Below, piece after piece: positions 26,346 to 36,209 of a DNA stretch of 64,000 nt (position 1 is the stretch's first letter; every line of letters starts with the position of its first letter). The stretch lies in the NCBI GenBank assembly GCA_963675745.2, contig CAXXWX010000027.1:128001-192000 (forward strand), given 5' to 3'. The translations under genes were made by a program, and so were the position numbers. The notes beneath the pieces were generated by a model that was given only the letters and a program-made list of their open reading frames with translations, was not told the origin of the DNA and ran no database searches. The stretch comes from Phycisphaerae bacterium (GTDB lineage: Bacteria; Planctomycetota; Phycisphaerae; UBA1845; Fen-1342).

Positions 26346-28094
26346 CTAGCGCAGCGGGATCTTGGTGCTCACGTCTTTTGCGCGCGCGGCGGAGAAGCGG
26401 ATGGTTGCTTCGCCGTCGCCGTGGACCAGCCATTGAAATGTCCGAACGCTTTCGCCGGGGATGCCGTTGTCGATCCAGAGCTTGTGGGGGCTGTGTTTGA
26501 CAAACTCGAACGGGGCGGTGAAGCGATTGTCCAACGTTCCCCCGGCGACAATCTTGGCCGCGGGCGAGGTCAGCGCGATGAAGTCGCGCGGGCCGTAGCG
26601 CCGTTCGGCGGCGCGGACCGTGGTCGTGGGGATGACGCGCGCGTTGTGAACGTCGACGCGCACGCGCCAGAGCTTGTCACCGAGCGACTTGACTTCGACA
26701 TTCTCCAACTCGATCAGCGGCATCTGCTCGGCGTGGTACATCGTGAACGCGAAATTGCGGTGCAGGTCTTCCTCGAGCGCGAAGGCCGGTGGGACGCGCT
26801 CGGTCAGCTTGACCCATCCGCCCAGCTCGATCTCGCCATAGACCGGGTGCTCAAACTTCTTCCAGCCCACGAAGTCCTCGCCGAAGGTCACAAGGTCGTT
26901 GAATTCCATGCGCTCGTGATCCGACGCGTTGTAGTTGCGGTCGTAATACTTCTTGTGCGACCAGAGCTCGTTGGTGAAGCTGATGATGCCCAGGTCTTCC
27001 GCCGTCCAGTCAGAAAACCCGCCGCGTACGACGTACAGATCGCGCCAGGTGATCATGTAGCGGTAAAAGGGAAGCATCTTCTCGCCACGCCGCGCGATGC
27101 GGTCATAGACGGCGACGTCGGCGGGTGGATATGGATGCTCGCTGCCGCCCGGGCCACGCAGGATCATGCCGCCGAAGTTGTGATAGGCCTGCACGGCGGC
27201 GATGTTGGGGTGTGCCAGGACAAAGTCCGCGACGGCCTTTGATTCCGGCAGGCGCAGCGGATATTCGCCCGCGCCATCCTGGACATAGTTGGGCTGCCAG
27301 TCGGCGGGCCAGTCGCGGTTGGGGTCATAGCCGCCGGGGCCGTCCTCGTTGACCTCCCCGTCGCCATCATCATCAACCCCCTCGGTGCCGAGCATCTTGT
27401 AGCGTTTGAACGTCCCTTTTGACTCGGGATCGATCGGCACCATGATGCGCGGATCGTCGGGTGATTCACGCATCTCGCCGTGCGGGTCTTCGCGCCGCAT
27501 CTGAAGGAGCTGGCCGTCGCCGTCGAGGTCGTTGGGCGGATCTTCGTCGAAAAGGCCGTCGCCGTCGTTGTCGACCGGCTTCTGGCCGCCGCGCGAAGTC
27601 CAGGGGTTGTTGGCCTCGCGGAACCAGTAGGCCCGGCCGTCGGGGTTCGCGACCGGCAGGAAGTAGAAGGCGCAGCGGTCGAGCAGCGCGGTCAACTGCT
27701 CGACCTTGCCATAGCTCTTGGTCAGGTACCAGATTGTGTACAGCACGGCCTCGCCGGCCTGGGCCTCGTTGCCGTGGATGTTGCCGTCGATGTACATCGC
27801 GGGCTTGGTGGCCGCGGGCCCCGTCTTGCGGATGTTGAGCGTCACGAGCCAGATGTCGCGGCCTTCGATGCTCTTGCCGATTGATTCGAGCTTTAGCATC
27901 TCGGGATAGGCGGCGGTGAGGTCACGCAGGATCTTCTCAACTTCCTCAAACGTGTTGAGCCGATTCCAGGCGATGTTCACCTTGCTGGGGTACTGGTATT
28001 CGTGCTGCGCGACGGTCGGCGGCACGAACGCGGCGACGGCCATCAGCGCGAGCAGGACAAGCACGCCACCCTTATTGGCGTATGCGCGCATCAT
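26346..28094 (-). CDS. secreted M14 zinc carboxypeptidase (intact catalytic motifs)
   Basis: GNIHGNE, NPDG, DPNRDW, AYHN, FTNELW; DxDGDG acidic repeats. Confidence 0.9.
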   Translation of the reverse strand: MMRAYANKGGVLVLLALMAVAAFVPPTVAQHEYQYPSKVNIAWNRLNTFEEVEKILRDLTAAYPEMLKLESIGKSIEGRDIWLVTLNIRKTGPAATKPAMYIDGNIHGNEAQAGEAVLYTIWYLTKSYGKVEQLTALLDRCAFYFLPVANPDGRAYWFREANNPWTSRGGQKPVDNDGDGLFDEDPPNDLDGDGQLLQMRREDPHGEMRESPDDPRIMVPIDPESKGTFKRYKMLGTEGVDDDGDGEVNEDGPGGYDPNRDWPADWQPNYVQDGAGEYPLRLPESKAVADFVLAHPNIAAVQAYHNFGGMILRGPGGSEHPYPPADVAVYDRIARRGEKMLPFYRYMITWRDLYVVRGGFSDWTAEDLGIISFTNELWSHKKYYDRNYNASDHERMEFNDLVTFGEDFVGWKKFEHPVYGEIELGGWVKLTERVPPAFALEEDLHRNFAFTMYHAEQMPLIELENVEVKSLGDKLWRVRVDVHNARVIPTTTVRAAERRYGPRDFIALTSPAAKIVAGGTLDNRFTAPFEFVKHSPHKLWIDNGIPGESVRTFQWLVHGDGEATIRFSAARAKDVSTKIPLR

Positions 28095-29902
28095 TCACCC
28101 TCCAATCCGGCTCTGACTTCCCGCAGAGTCACGGTCGCGTGCAACTTGCCGTAGGTGCGGCTGTAAGCCGTGAACTCGACACTTTCGCCGCGCGCTCCGC
28201 GCACCAGCCAGCGCAGGGGTACCGAGCCGCCGCTGCCGGGCACATTCTCGACGCGGGCCACCGTTGGCGTGCCCAGCAGTCGCTCGCGCGCGACTTCGGG
28301 CCGCACCACCCAGCCGGGCACGTCCGTGTGCAGCGCGCTGCCACAGTGGGTCGGGAAGTACCCATCATTGGTCAAACGCAGTTCGACCTGCCACACGTCG
28401 CCGCCGGCGTTTGAGATCTCACCGACTTCCAGCCGGACGCGTGGCAGCATCTCGAGCACTTGTTCGAGAAAGCGCAGCTCGCGCTCTGCCAACCCGGTCA
28501 GGGACTCGGGCTTGGGCGCCGTCGCAAAGAATGGGATGAATCCGCCGATTTCGACGCGACCGAGATCGGGGTGCGCCACGGCGGTCCACTCGACAAAAGC
28601 GTGATCTGCGCCCGCTTCATCCGCGAGCGCCAACAGACTCTTGGCCATCTCAGATGATTCCACCAGCGCCGCCACGTCGTCCGCCGGCGCGTCGAACAAT
28701 TTCGGCTCGGCCGGCTTTGCGTCGTCATCTTCGTCGCTATCGCTTGGCGCGGAGGTCGGCTGTGTAGCCGTGGCATCATCCGGATTCGCCTCGGGCCACC
28801 AGACTTGCGTGGCGAAAGTGGGAATCCCGCGTTGGGCGTAAAGCCACGCATAGAAGGCCCCTTCCGGCTTGCAGCCCGTTGACTTCGTCAGGCCGGTGAT
28901 CTCACGGTACTTCTCGCTGACGTGCTTGTAGAGCGGGATGTCGTCAGGGTGCAAATCGCGGTAGGCGATTCCAAGCGGCCCGCGGGCGTCGCCGGTGGGC
29001 ACATTCACGATGTTGTCGTGCCGTCCATACACAATCGCGGCGGCGATATTCGGATGGCTGACGACAAAATCCGCCAGGGCGCGCGTCTCAGGTTCAGAGA
29101 GCTGGTGCGGACCGGTCTCGGGCAGGCCCGGCTCGTAGAAGTGCGGCCAGTTGCGATCCAGATCGACGCCGCCCGCGCCGTCTTCGTTGATCTCACCATC
29201 GCCGTCGTCGTCAACGCCCTCCATGAGCAACCGGTAAACGCCGCGCTCGTCCTTGCCGCGGTTGGCGCGTTTCATCAAACGCGGCTCTTCGGGTTCGGGC
29301 AGCCATTCGGCGCCCGGCTCGCGCACGCGCATGACGGTGATGAAGCCGTCGCTGTTAAGATCGTTCGGACCGTCTTCATCGGTTTTGCCGTCGCGATCGT
29401 CATCAACCGGTCGCAGGTTGCGGTGGTACACACGTTTGGGGGAGGCGAAGAACAGCTCGTCTCCCTCCGGGTTGGCGCGCGGCACGATATAGACGACATA
29501 CCGCCGGAGCAGTCCGGCGACGCCTTCGTGTGTATCCGCAGTCAATGCGTCGAGGACTCCCCGTGTCACGCCCAGCGCCGTCTCAGCACCGGCGGGCCAG
29601 GCCGGGTTCAAGCCGCCGACGACTAACACGCCGACACGTTCGTCAGGTGGCGTGTCACCCGGGGCGGCGATGCGCACGACGAAGATCGGCGCACCGGCCG
29701 TGCTGTGCGTAATGCGCTCGACGCGGACGGCGGCGGGCAAGCGTGTGGCCCAGACTCGCATCGCCTGCTCGAACTCGGAGAACTGGTGGTAGCGCGCCTC
29801 GGTGCCCGCCGCGGCGGCCGGCGGCTCCTGTGCGCGTAATGGCGGGCTGATGGCACATGCCAGGCAGACACCGCCCAGCATAAAGGGAAGCCAACGTTTC
29901 AT
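28091..29902 (-). CDS. secreted M14 carboxypeptidase homolog lacking Zn ligands
   Basis: Colinear with neighbour (NPEG, DLDRNW, SEPET) but HxxE is NPAW, His is Gly, Glu is Gln. Confidence 0.85.
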   Translation of the reverse strand: MKRWLPFMLGGVCLACAISPPLRAQEPPAAAAGTEARYHQFSEFEQAMRVWATRLPAAVRVERITHSTAGAPIFVVRIAAPGDTPPDERVGVLVVGGLNPAWPAGAETALGVTRGVLDALTADTHEGVAGLLRRYVVYIVPRANPEGDELFFASPKRVYHRNLRPVDDDRDGKTDEDGPNDLNSDGFITVMRVREPGAEWLPEPEEPRLMKRANRGKDERGVYRLLMEGVDDDGDGEINEDGAGGVDLDRNWPHFYEPGLPETGPHQLSEPETRALADFVVSHPNIAAAIVYGRHDNIVNVPTGDARGPLGIAYRDLHPDDIPLYKHVSEKYREITGLTKSTGCKPEGAFYAWLYAQRGIPTFATQVWWPEANPDDATATQPTSAPSDSDEDDDAKPAEPKLFDAPADDVAALVESSEMAKSLLALADEAGADHAFVEWTAVAHPDLGRVEIGGFIPFFATAPKPESLTGLAERELRFLEQVLEMLPRVRLEVGEISNAGGDVWQVELRLTNDGYFPTHCGSALHTDVPGWVVRPEVARERLLGTPTVARVENVPGSGGSVPLRWLVRGARGESVEFTAYSRTYGKLHATVTLREVRAGLEGE

Positions 29903-30034
29903 TGCATCCTCGCACAGCAAGTGTTGGTTTGACGGCGGGCGCTATCCGCAAGAGCCGGCACCATGATAGTCGCCCACGTGGAAGAATCCGAGCGCCAGCC
30001 GCGTGTGCAGTTTTCAGTTTTCAGAGGCAGAGAG

Positions 30035-30153
30035 TGAGGGACTAAGGGAATGAGGGACTAAGGGATTAAGATGGGTACTCGATAGCCGGCCCTCATTCCC
30101 TCAATCCCTCATTCCCTCAATCCCTCTGTTCCCCGTTCCCCGTTCCCTGTTCC
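30035..30153. repeat. inverted 7-8-mer tandem repeats (GAGGGAAT/ATTCCCTC, GTTCCCC)
   Basis: Directly visible; overlap the 3' end of the radical SAM gene. Confidence 0.75.
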
Positions 30154-31187
30154 CTTTTATCCGCATCATTGGCGTAGCACTCGCGCGGGCCGATGTATTC
30201 GGGCCAGATCCCACGCTCGACCAGGAACTGCCGCACGTCCGTACACAGATGGCATTTGTCGGCGTAACCGTCCGCGCGCGGCGAATATCCGAAGGCCTGG
30301 GCCTGCCGCACAAGTTCGTAGCTGCCGCCGGCGACAACCGCCGCTACGACCGGGTGCTCCCGCCAATTCGCCGCCAGCTCGTGCCACACGTCATCAACAG
30401 CGCGCTGTGCGGCACAACCGAGGATTATTCCGCCACACGTGCCCGGGAAGATGTTGCCGTAGGCATCGATATGTACATGCCGGCTTTGCAGCACCGCGGC
30501 GCGGCAGTTTTCCCCCGCAAAACTCTCCGCGGGCGAACGCGGCAGAAGTCGGGCCAACCGCAGGGCGGCGCGGCCGGTGAGCCGCTCTCTCTGGTGCGCC
30601 AGGGCTTCGGCGAACGCCGCGTCGCGCTGGGCGACGCTCGCGCCACGCACCTCGCGCGGGTGATTGTAGAAGTCCCACCAGCGCACGATATAGCGCCGGC
30701 CTCCCAGCACTTCGCGCGCCCCGTCGACGAGCCGTTGCACGCGCGCAAACGGGATGAACTCCTGGTGATAGACGTCAGCGCTGACGATCAGGCGTTGCAT
30801 CCCCAGGGCGTTGAGCAGCTCGAGCCGCGTGCGCACGACATTGTCATCCGTAGCCCAGAAGGCGTTGGTCTCGATCTTCTCCAAGAAGGTCAAGCCCGCA
30901 TCGCGCGCCGCGCGCATCACGCCGGCGAGTCGAGCCCAGTTGCCAAATGGCTCGCCGCCGGCCAGGTGGATACGCATGGTCTTGCCATGCGTCGCGGCAA
31001 GTCGGTCCAGCTCGGACCAGAGCTTGACCGCGAACTCCACACTCATCTCGCCCCCGCGGTCGGGGCCGCTGTAGACGTAACAGAATGCGCAGCGGGCGTT
31101 GCACCAGTACGTGAGCAGGAGCCCGGCGAACTCCCAAATGGCGAGTTTGCCGGGGGCGCTGGATTCCTTGTCGCATTCGTGTGTCAC
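30117..31187 (-). CDS. radical SAM protein with C-terminal Cys-rich (SPASM/twitch-like) region
   Basis: CNARCAFC, AGGEPF, ETNA, C-terminal CHLC; start uncertain. Confidence 0.85.
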   Translation of the reverse strand: MTHECDKESSAPGKLAIWEFAGLLLTYWCNARCAFCYVYSGPDRGGEMSVEFAVKLWSELDRLAATHGKTMRIHLAGGEPFGNWARLAGVMRAARDAGLTFLEKIETNAFWATDDNVVRTRLELLNALGMQRLIVSADVYHQEFIPFARVQRLVDGAREVLGGRRYIVRWWDFYNHPREVRGASVAQRDAAFAEALAHQRERLTGRAALRLARLLPRSPAESFAGENCRAAVLQSRHVHIDAYGNIFPGTCGGIILGCAAQRAVDDVWHELAANWREHPVVAAVVAGGSYELVRQAQAFGYSPRADGYADKCHLCTDVRQFLVERGIWPEYIGPRECYANDADKREQGTGNGEQRD

Positions 31188-31207
31188 GTGTGGCGCCTGC
31201 ACGCGCT

Positions 31208-31288
31208 GTAGCGGCCTGCGGGGCGCAGGCCGTCGATGCACCAAGCTGTTTCCGATACACCGCGGCCTGCGAGGCGCAGGCCGCTACG
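31208..31288. repeat. inverted pair of GTAG-type REP palindromes
   Basis: GTAGCGGCCTGCGGGGCGCAGGCCG ... CGGCCTGCGAGGCGCAGGCCGCTAC; more copies at 32300-32365. Confidence 0.8.
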
Positions 31289-31320
31289 CGCCGCGCGAAG
31301 CCGCTTCGGCGGCAGCCTCG

Positions 31321-32205
31321 CTACCGCCGACCGGCCGGCTGTGAAAGATCCACGCCCAGTTGTGCGGCGGCGGCATCGGCCGTCTGGTCAATCAGCATGG
31401 CGATCGTCATCGGCCCCACGCCACCGGGTACGGGCGTGATCAAGCGTGCCTTCTTGATCACGCCGTCAAAATCCACGTCGCCGATGTTGCCCGGGTTATA
31501 GCCGGCGTCAATGACCACGGCGCCTTCCTTGACCCAGTCGGCGCGCACGAATCGGGGCCGCCCCACCGCGGCGATCAACACATCGGCAAACCGCAGAATA
31601 CTGGGCAAGTCTCTCGTGCGCGAGTGACAGAGTGTTACGGTGGCATGCCGGTTGATCAGCAGCGACGCCATCGGGCGCCCCAGGATCGGGCTGCGCCCCA
31701 CAACCATGGCTTCGATGCCGTCGAGGTTCACCGCGTATTCGTCAAGCAGGCGCATAATTCCGCGCGGCGTGCACGGGATATACGCCGGCATCCCCAGAAT
31801 CACGCGTCCCAGCGTTGCGGAGGTGACACCATCAACATCCTTGATCAGCGGGATCGCCTCAAAGGCGGCGCGCTTGTCAATCGGCTGCGGCACGGGGTGT
31901 TGCAGCAAGATGCCGTGTACGCTGGTGTCTGTGCCCAGGGCGTTGATCTTGGCCACCAACTCGTCGGTGGTTGTGGACATGGGCAACTCGAGGCTGATCG
32001 AGTGCATACCGGCTTGCTCGCAGCGTTTGCGCTTCATGCGCACGTAGGTGGCGGAGGCCTCATCATCCCCCACCAGGACGGTGGCCAGCGCCGGGGTGAC
32101 GCCGGTTACCGCCTTTATGCGCGCCACCTTGGCCGCGGCGCCGGCCAGCACGCGCTTTGCCAGCGCACTTCCGCTCATCAGCTTGTCTGCTGGTGCCATC
32201 GTCAT
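31321..32205 (-). CDS. folD: methylenetetrahydrofolate dehydrogenase/cyclohydrolase
   Basis: YVRMKRKRC, HGILLQHP, KDVDG, PCTP, GRSPILGRP, TPVPGGVGPMT. Confidence 0.95.
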   Translation of the reverse strand: MTMAPADKLMSGSALAKRVLAGAAAKVARIKAVTGVTPALATVLVGDDEASATYVRMKRKRCEQAGMHSISLELPMSTTTDELVAKINALGTDTSVHGILLQHPVPQPIDKRAAFEAIPLIKDVDGVTSATLGRVILGMPAYIPCTPRGIMRLLDEYAVNLDGIEAMVVGRSPILGRPMASLLINRHATVTLCHSRTRDLPSILRFADVLIAAVGRPRFVRADWVKEGAVVIDAGYNPGNIGDVDFDGVIKKARLITPVPGGVGPMTIAMLIDQTADAAAAQLGVDLSQPAGRR

Positions 32206-32299
32206 GCCCGGAAGATACGCCACCGGCCCCGCTCTGTCACGCGCGCCAGCCGCCGGCGTCTTGCAGGCCTTTGGGGCGGAGTGGCGTTTTCGGCATGCC

Positions 32300-32365
32300 A
32301 CGGCCTGCGAGGCGCGGGCCGCTACGCTGGTATGACCCACGGCCTGCGAGGCGCAGGCCGCTACA
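32300..32365. repeat. two tandem GTAG-type REP palindromes
   Basis: CGGCCTGCGAGGCGC(G/A)GGCCGCTAC twice. Confidence 0.8.
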
Positions 32366-32503
32366 GGCCGCGGTGCCGTGACTCTCGTATCGGACTGCCA
32401 TGACCCGTCGTTTCGCGTACGATGTTAATGCGTCGCGGCGGGTGACACTCGCCCGAGGATGGGTCGGCGCGCGCTCAACATCGTTGTCGAGGATTCAGCC
32501 GGC

Positions 32504-34237
32504 ATGACGGCAACTCGCTCCACCAGTGCGCCAGACGAGCAAGCCACCAGACCATGGCGGCGTTTCGGCCCGTACGCGCTGGCGGTGGTGGCGTACCTGT
32601 GCGCGTTCGCAGCGTTGCCGCACGATGGGTTCTGGATCTGCGACAACGGCGCGAAATTCATGCAGATCCACAGCCTTATCGAAGCCGATTACAGCGACCT
32701 GGCGATTTCCTGGGCGGGGAAGGCAATTGATCCGGCGTTTCATTACTGCCCGCTGCCGGCACCGTTCGGCCATGTTCAGGATGACCACCTTTACTGCGTG
32801 TTCCCGCCGGTGTTCGCCTTCGCATCATCTCTGCCCTACCGCCTGTTTGGGTTCATCGGGCTTTACCTTCTGCCACTGGTCGCCGGGCTGGCCACACTGC
32901 CCGCCGTCCGGCGACTGGCCGGTCTGCTCGACGCGCCGCGCGCCGCACAGCCGCTGGCGGTCGTATTGGTGGCCCTGGCGACGCCGATGTGGTTTTACAG
33001 CCTGACGCTGTGGGAGCATGCGCCGGCCACGTGCCTCGTCATCTGGGGTGTTTACCACGGACTGCGACACCTGTTGCACAAGGGCGCGCACGGTGCGCTG
33101 GCGTCTGGTTTGCTCATCGGGATCGCGATATATCTGCGCGACGACCTTTATCTGTTTGCGGCGGCCTTCGGGCTTGTATTGCTGGTGGGCGCGCGGCCGC
33201 ACCTGCGCACTATCGGCATCTATGCGATCGCCCTGATTGGCAGCCTCTTGCCGCTGTGGGCGTTCCAGTGGCTGGCGCTGGGACACCCGCTTGGTCTGCA
33301 CGCGGCGGCTCAACATCCGCTAGCGCTTGGCTGGGCGGAGTACGTCACGGCGCGGCTGCCGGCGGTGCGCGCTTTGCTGCTGAACGTACACGCGCGCATT
33401 TGGGTATCGGCACTGGTGGTCGGGCCCGCGCTGCTGCTCTGGGCCATCTTCCCCTGTGCGGGACCACGAGTTGCTCGGCGCCTCATCCTGCCCGCGACAA
33501 TCATCGCGCTCGCAATCGGTCTGACCGAGCTCGGCGGTCTTCTCGTGGCGCAAAGTCCGATCCGCTGGTTACCATTCGCCAACGGGTTCCTCGCCGCCGC
33601 CCCGGTCCTGGTGCTGGCGTTCGTGTTCACAAGCCGGCGCGACCCGCGCGCCGGCAAATGTGGCGCGCAACTGTCGATCGAGTTTCTGATCTGGCTGCTG
33701 GTCACCGTCTTTGCCGCCATGTACATCCTGGCGGCTCCCGTGTCCATTTTCGCGGGAATCCACTGGGGCTGCCGTTTCCTGCTGCCGGCGTATCCGCTGC
33801 TGGCAATCCTGTCCGCGGCGGCGCTGGCGCGCGCCTGGCAAACGCGCGGACCGGCGACGCGCGTAATGATCGGGTTGGTTGTCGCACTATCGATGGCCCT
33901 CCAGATTCAAGGGCTGCGCCTGCAGCATGGGATGAAGTCCTTCAACAGCGAGCTGAGTTCGGCGGTGATGGAGCGGGCCGAACGCGCGGTTGTCAGCAAC
34001 GTGTGGTTTCTGCCGATGTCGCTCGGCCGATGCACGCCCGACAAGACGTTCTTTCTGGTGGCGCAGCGCGACGATCTGGCGCGGCTGAGCACCCCGCTGC
34101 GTGACGCGGGCCACGAGCAGGTGCTGCTCATACTCGGGCATGAGCCCGGCGCCCCCGTGCCCGCCGGCGGCGTCGTGGTTCATGACGGGTGGCTGGGGTT
34201 TAACCACTACGTGCTGATGAGCGTTGAGCTCGAGTGA
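32504..34237 (+). CDS. multi-pass membrane protein, GT-C/PMT-like glycosyltransferase candidate
   Basis: ~13 TM segments, DNGAK loop, YSLTLWEH, WGCRFLLP; start uncertain. Confidence 0.6.
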   Translation: MTATRSTSAPDEQATRPWRRFGPYALAVVAYLCAFAALPHDGFWICDNGAKFMQIHSLIEADYSDLAISWAGKAIDPAFHYCPLPAPFGHVQDDHLYCVFPPVFAFASSLPYRLFGFIGLYLLPLVAGLATLPAVRRLAGLLDAPRAAQPLAVVLVALATPMWFYSLTLWEHAPATCLVIWGVYHGLRHLLHKGAHGALASGLLIGIAIYLRDDLYLFAAAFGLVLLVGARPHLRTIGIYAIALIGSLLPLWAFQWLALGHPLGLHAAAQHPLALGWAEYVTARLPAVRALLLNVHARIWVSALVVGPALLLWAIFPCAGPRVARRLILPATIIALAIGLTELGGLLVAQSPIRWLPFANGFLAAAPVLVLAFVFTSRRDPRAGKCGAQLSIEFLIWLLVTVFAAMYILAAPVSIFAGIHWGCRFLLPAYPLLAILSAAALARAWQTRGPATRVMIGLVVALSMALQIQGLRLQHGMKSFNSELSSAVMERAERAVVSNVWFLPMSLGRCTPDKTFFLVAQRDDLARLSTPLRDAGHEQVLLILGHEPGAPVPAGGVVVHDGWLGFNHYVLMSVELE

Positions 34238-34291
34238 CGGACGATGCAGCGCGCCGCTTTCGGCATCAGCCGAGTTTAGCGTGATGCCCCA

Positions 34292-34855
34292 TCACCGACG
34301 CGGTCTGGCGAAGAGCTGCACGGCATAGAAACGTCCGGTCTTCTTGCTGCGCGCCACCCCGACGCCGATGTGAACGAAGTCCCTGGTGGACATGTTCTTG
34401 CGGTGAGGGCGCGAGTCTTTCCACTGCTTGAGAAACTGGCGGGCCAGGACGCGCTCGTCGATCTGCATGCCCGCGTACGTGTACGCGATGTTCTCGCCGA
34501 TGCGCGACCACTCATAGCCGGCTTTCTCGGCCCGCTGGGCCGGGCTCTTGCCGTCGGCGCTGTGCGATAGCTGGTCTTTCTCGGCGAGGTACACGGCGAA
34601 ATCGTGAGCGGCCCTACCGAGCTTCTCATCCGCGACCAGCTTGGGGAGCTGGTTCTCGGTGCGGAAAATGTTGGTGTAGCGCACGATCTGTTCTTCGGTG
34701 CGCCCCAGCACGCCGCCGCGCTGTGTCGGGCGCGTGGTTGGACGTCTCGCGCCTGCTACGCCGGCGACCGTCGACACAAGCGCTGCAATCGCGATCAGCC
34801 GCCATGTTTTGGCGGATCGCGCGGGCGGGGCGCTCGATCGGCTGGCGGGCATCAC
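34292..34855 (-). CDS. secreted CAP/SCP domain protein
   Basis: TNIFR, AAHDFA, SH, GENIA, WKDSRPHRKNM, GVGVA. Confidence 0.88.
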   Translation of the reverse strand: MMPASRSSAPPARSAKTWRLIAIAALVSTVAGVAGARRPTTRPTQRGGVLGRTEEQIVRYTNIFRTENQLPKLVADEKLGRAAHDFAVYLAEKDQLSHSADGKSPAQRAEKAGYEWSRIGENIAYTYAGMQIDERVLARQFLKQWKDSRPHRKNMSTRDFVHIGVGVARSKKTGRFYAVQLFARPRR

Positions 34856-35748
34856 ACTCCTCGCGTAAAAACGCCCGACACCGCCAGAACGCGCTCGTAC
34901 TCCTGCCTGGCGTCGGTGTCGGTGATCGGACCGTGGGCCGCGCCGTTGAGGAACTGGTGGATCAACTGGTCGTCACGCGTTGTCAGTGACCCCGTGGCCG
35001 CATCGCGCAAAGCCTCAAACCCGCTGCGCGGGCCCATGCGCAATACGCGTCCGCGGTCCAGCATGATCATGCGGTCGGCAATGCGGAACGCCGAGTCCAT
35101 CTCGTGCGTGACGACAATGCTGGTGACCTGGAGCTTGTTCGACAGGTCCATGATCAACTCGTCGATCGCCGACGAGGTCACCGGGTCGAGCCCCGCGCTG
35201 GGCTCATCGTAAAACAACATGTCCGGGTCTAACGCCGTCGCCCGCGCCAGGCCGACACGTTTCTTCTGGCCGCCGGAGAGCTGTGCGGGGTACTTATGGC
35301 GGTGCTCGAGCATGTGTACCTGCTGGAGCTTCATGGCGACGACGATGTCGATCACGGCCCGTTCGACCATCGAGTGCTCTATCAGCGGCAGCGCGATGTT
35401 TTCCGCGACCGTCAGCGAGCTGAACAGTGCTCCCGACTGAAAAAGTATGCCGAAGCGGCGGCGCACGTTGTTGACCGCATCGGTCGGCGCGGTCATCAGA
35501 TCGACCTCGGGCAGTGTCGGCAGGTGGTAGCGGATCGCGCCAGCGCTCGGCTCAAGCTCACCGATCAGGCAGTTGAGCAGGGTGCTCTTGCCGCAGCCCG
35601 AGCCGCCCATGATCACGAGCGTTTCGCCTCTGTACACATCGAACGTCACGCGATCGAGGATCGTCACCGCCCCGTTACCGTCCGGCCGATCGAACTGCAT
35701 CGTCAGGCCATCGACGGACAACACTATGTCGGTTTCGGCGTCTGGCAT
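34852..35748 (-). CDS. mlaF: ABC transporter ATP-binding protein, MlaF/Mkl type
   Basis: GGSGCGKST, LFQSGALF, LSGGQKKRVGLARA, YDEPSAGLDP. Confidence 0.8.
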   Translation of the reverse strand: MPDAETDIVLSVDGLTMQFDRPDGNGAVTILDRVTFDVYRGETLVIMGGSGCGKSTLLNCLIGELEPSAGAIRYHLPTLPEVDLMTAPTDAVNNVRRRFGILFQSGALFSSLTVAENIALPLIEHSMVERAVIDIVVAMKLQQVHMLEHRHKYPAQLSGGQKKRVGLARATALDPDMLFYDEPSAGLDPVTSSAIDELIMDLSNKLQVTSIVVTHEMDSAFRIADRMIMLDRGRVLRMGPRSGFEALRDAATGSLTTRDDQLIHQFLNGAAHGPITDTDARQEYERVLAVSGVFTRGV

Positions 35749-35764
35749 GTGGAGGATTATAGCG

Positions 35765-36181
35765 AGTTTTCAGATTTCAGATTTCAGTTTTCAGGGTGGC
35801 GCAGATAGGTCGCTCGCTTTACCATGAACGGCGGCGTGAGGTGTCAGTTGTCAGTTGGCAGTTGGCAGTTGGCAGTTGGCAGTTAGCAGTTGGCAGTTGG
35901 CAGTTGGCAGTTACCAGTTGGCAGTTGGCAGTGGGCAGTTGGCAGTGGGCAGTGGGCAGTTGACAGTTTGCAGTGTGCAGGTCGCGGCTCTTACCACTCG
36001 GCGGGCGGCGCCCCGGAACTGCCATGTGGGACCGGCCTCAGGCCGGTTGTCTGAACACTGAAAACTGAAAACTGAACACTGACAACTCCCAAACCGCCAC
36101 CTTGTGGGATCAGCCTCCGGCCGGTCGCCTGAACACTGAAAACTGTCAACTGCCAACTGACAACTGACAACTGACAACTGA
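35765..36181. repeat. heptamer arrays: ~19x (GG)CAGTT plus inverted AACTG(A/C)(A/C) arrays
   Basis: 35843-35980 tandem array; complementary arrays at 36054-36085 and 36132-36181, each preceded by a repeated GGGAyCrGCCTCmGGCCGGT unit. Confidence 0.9.
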
Positions 36182-36209
36182 GGACTCTTAAGCCGCCCTG
36201 GGAACACCA

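Noticed and set aside
32206..32460. ZTP (pfl) or THF riboswitch upstream of folD
   Set aside because: No consensus seen; the region is filled by REP palindromes
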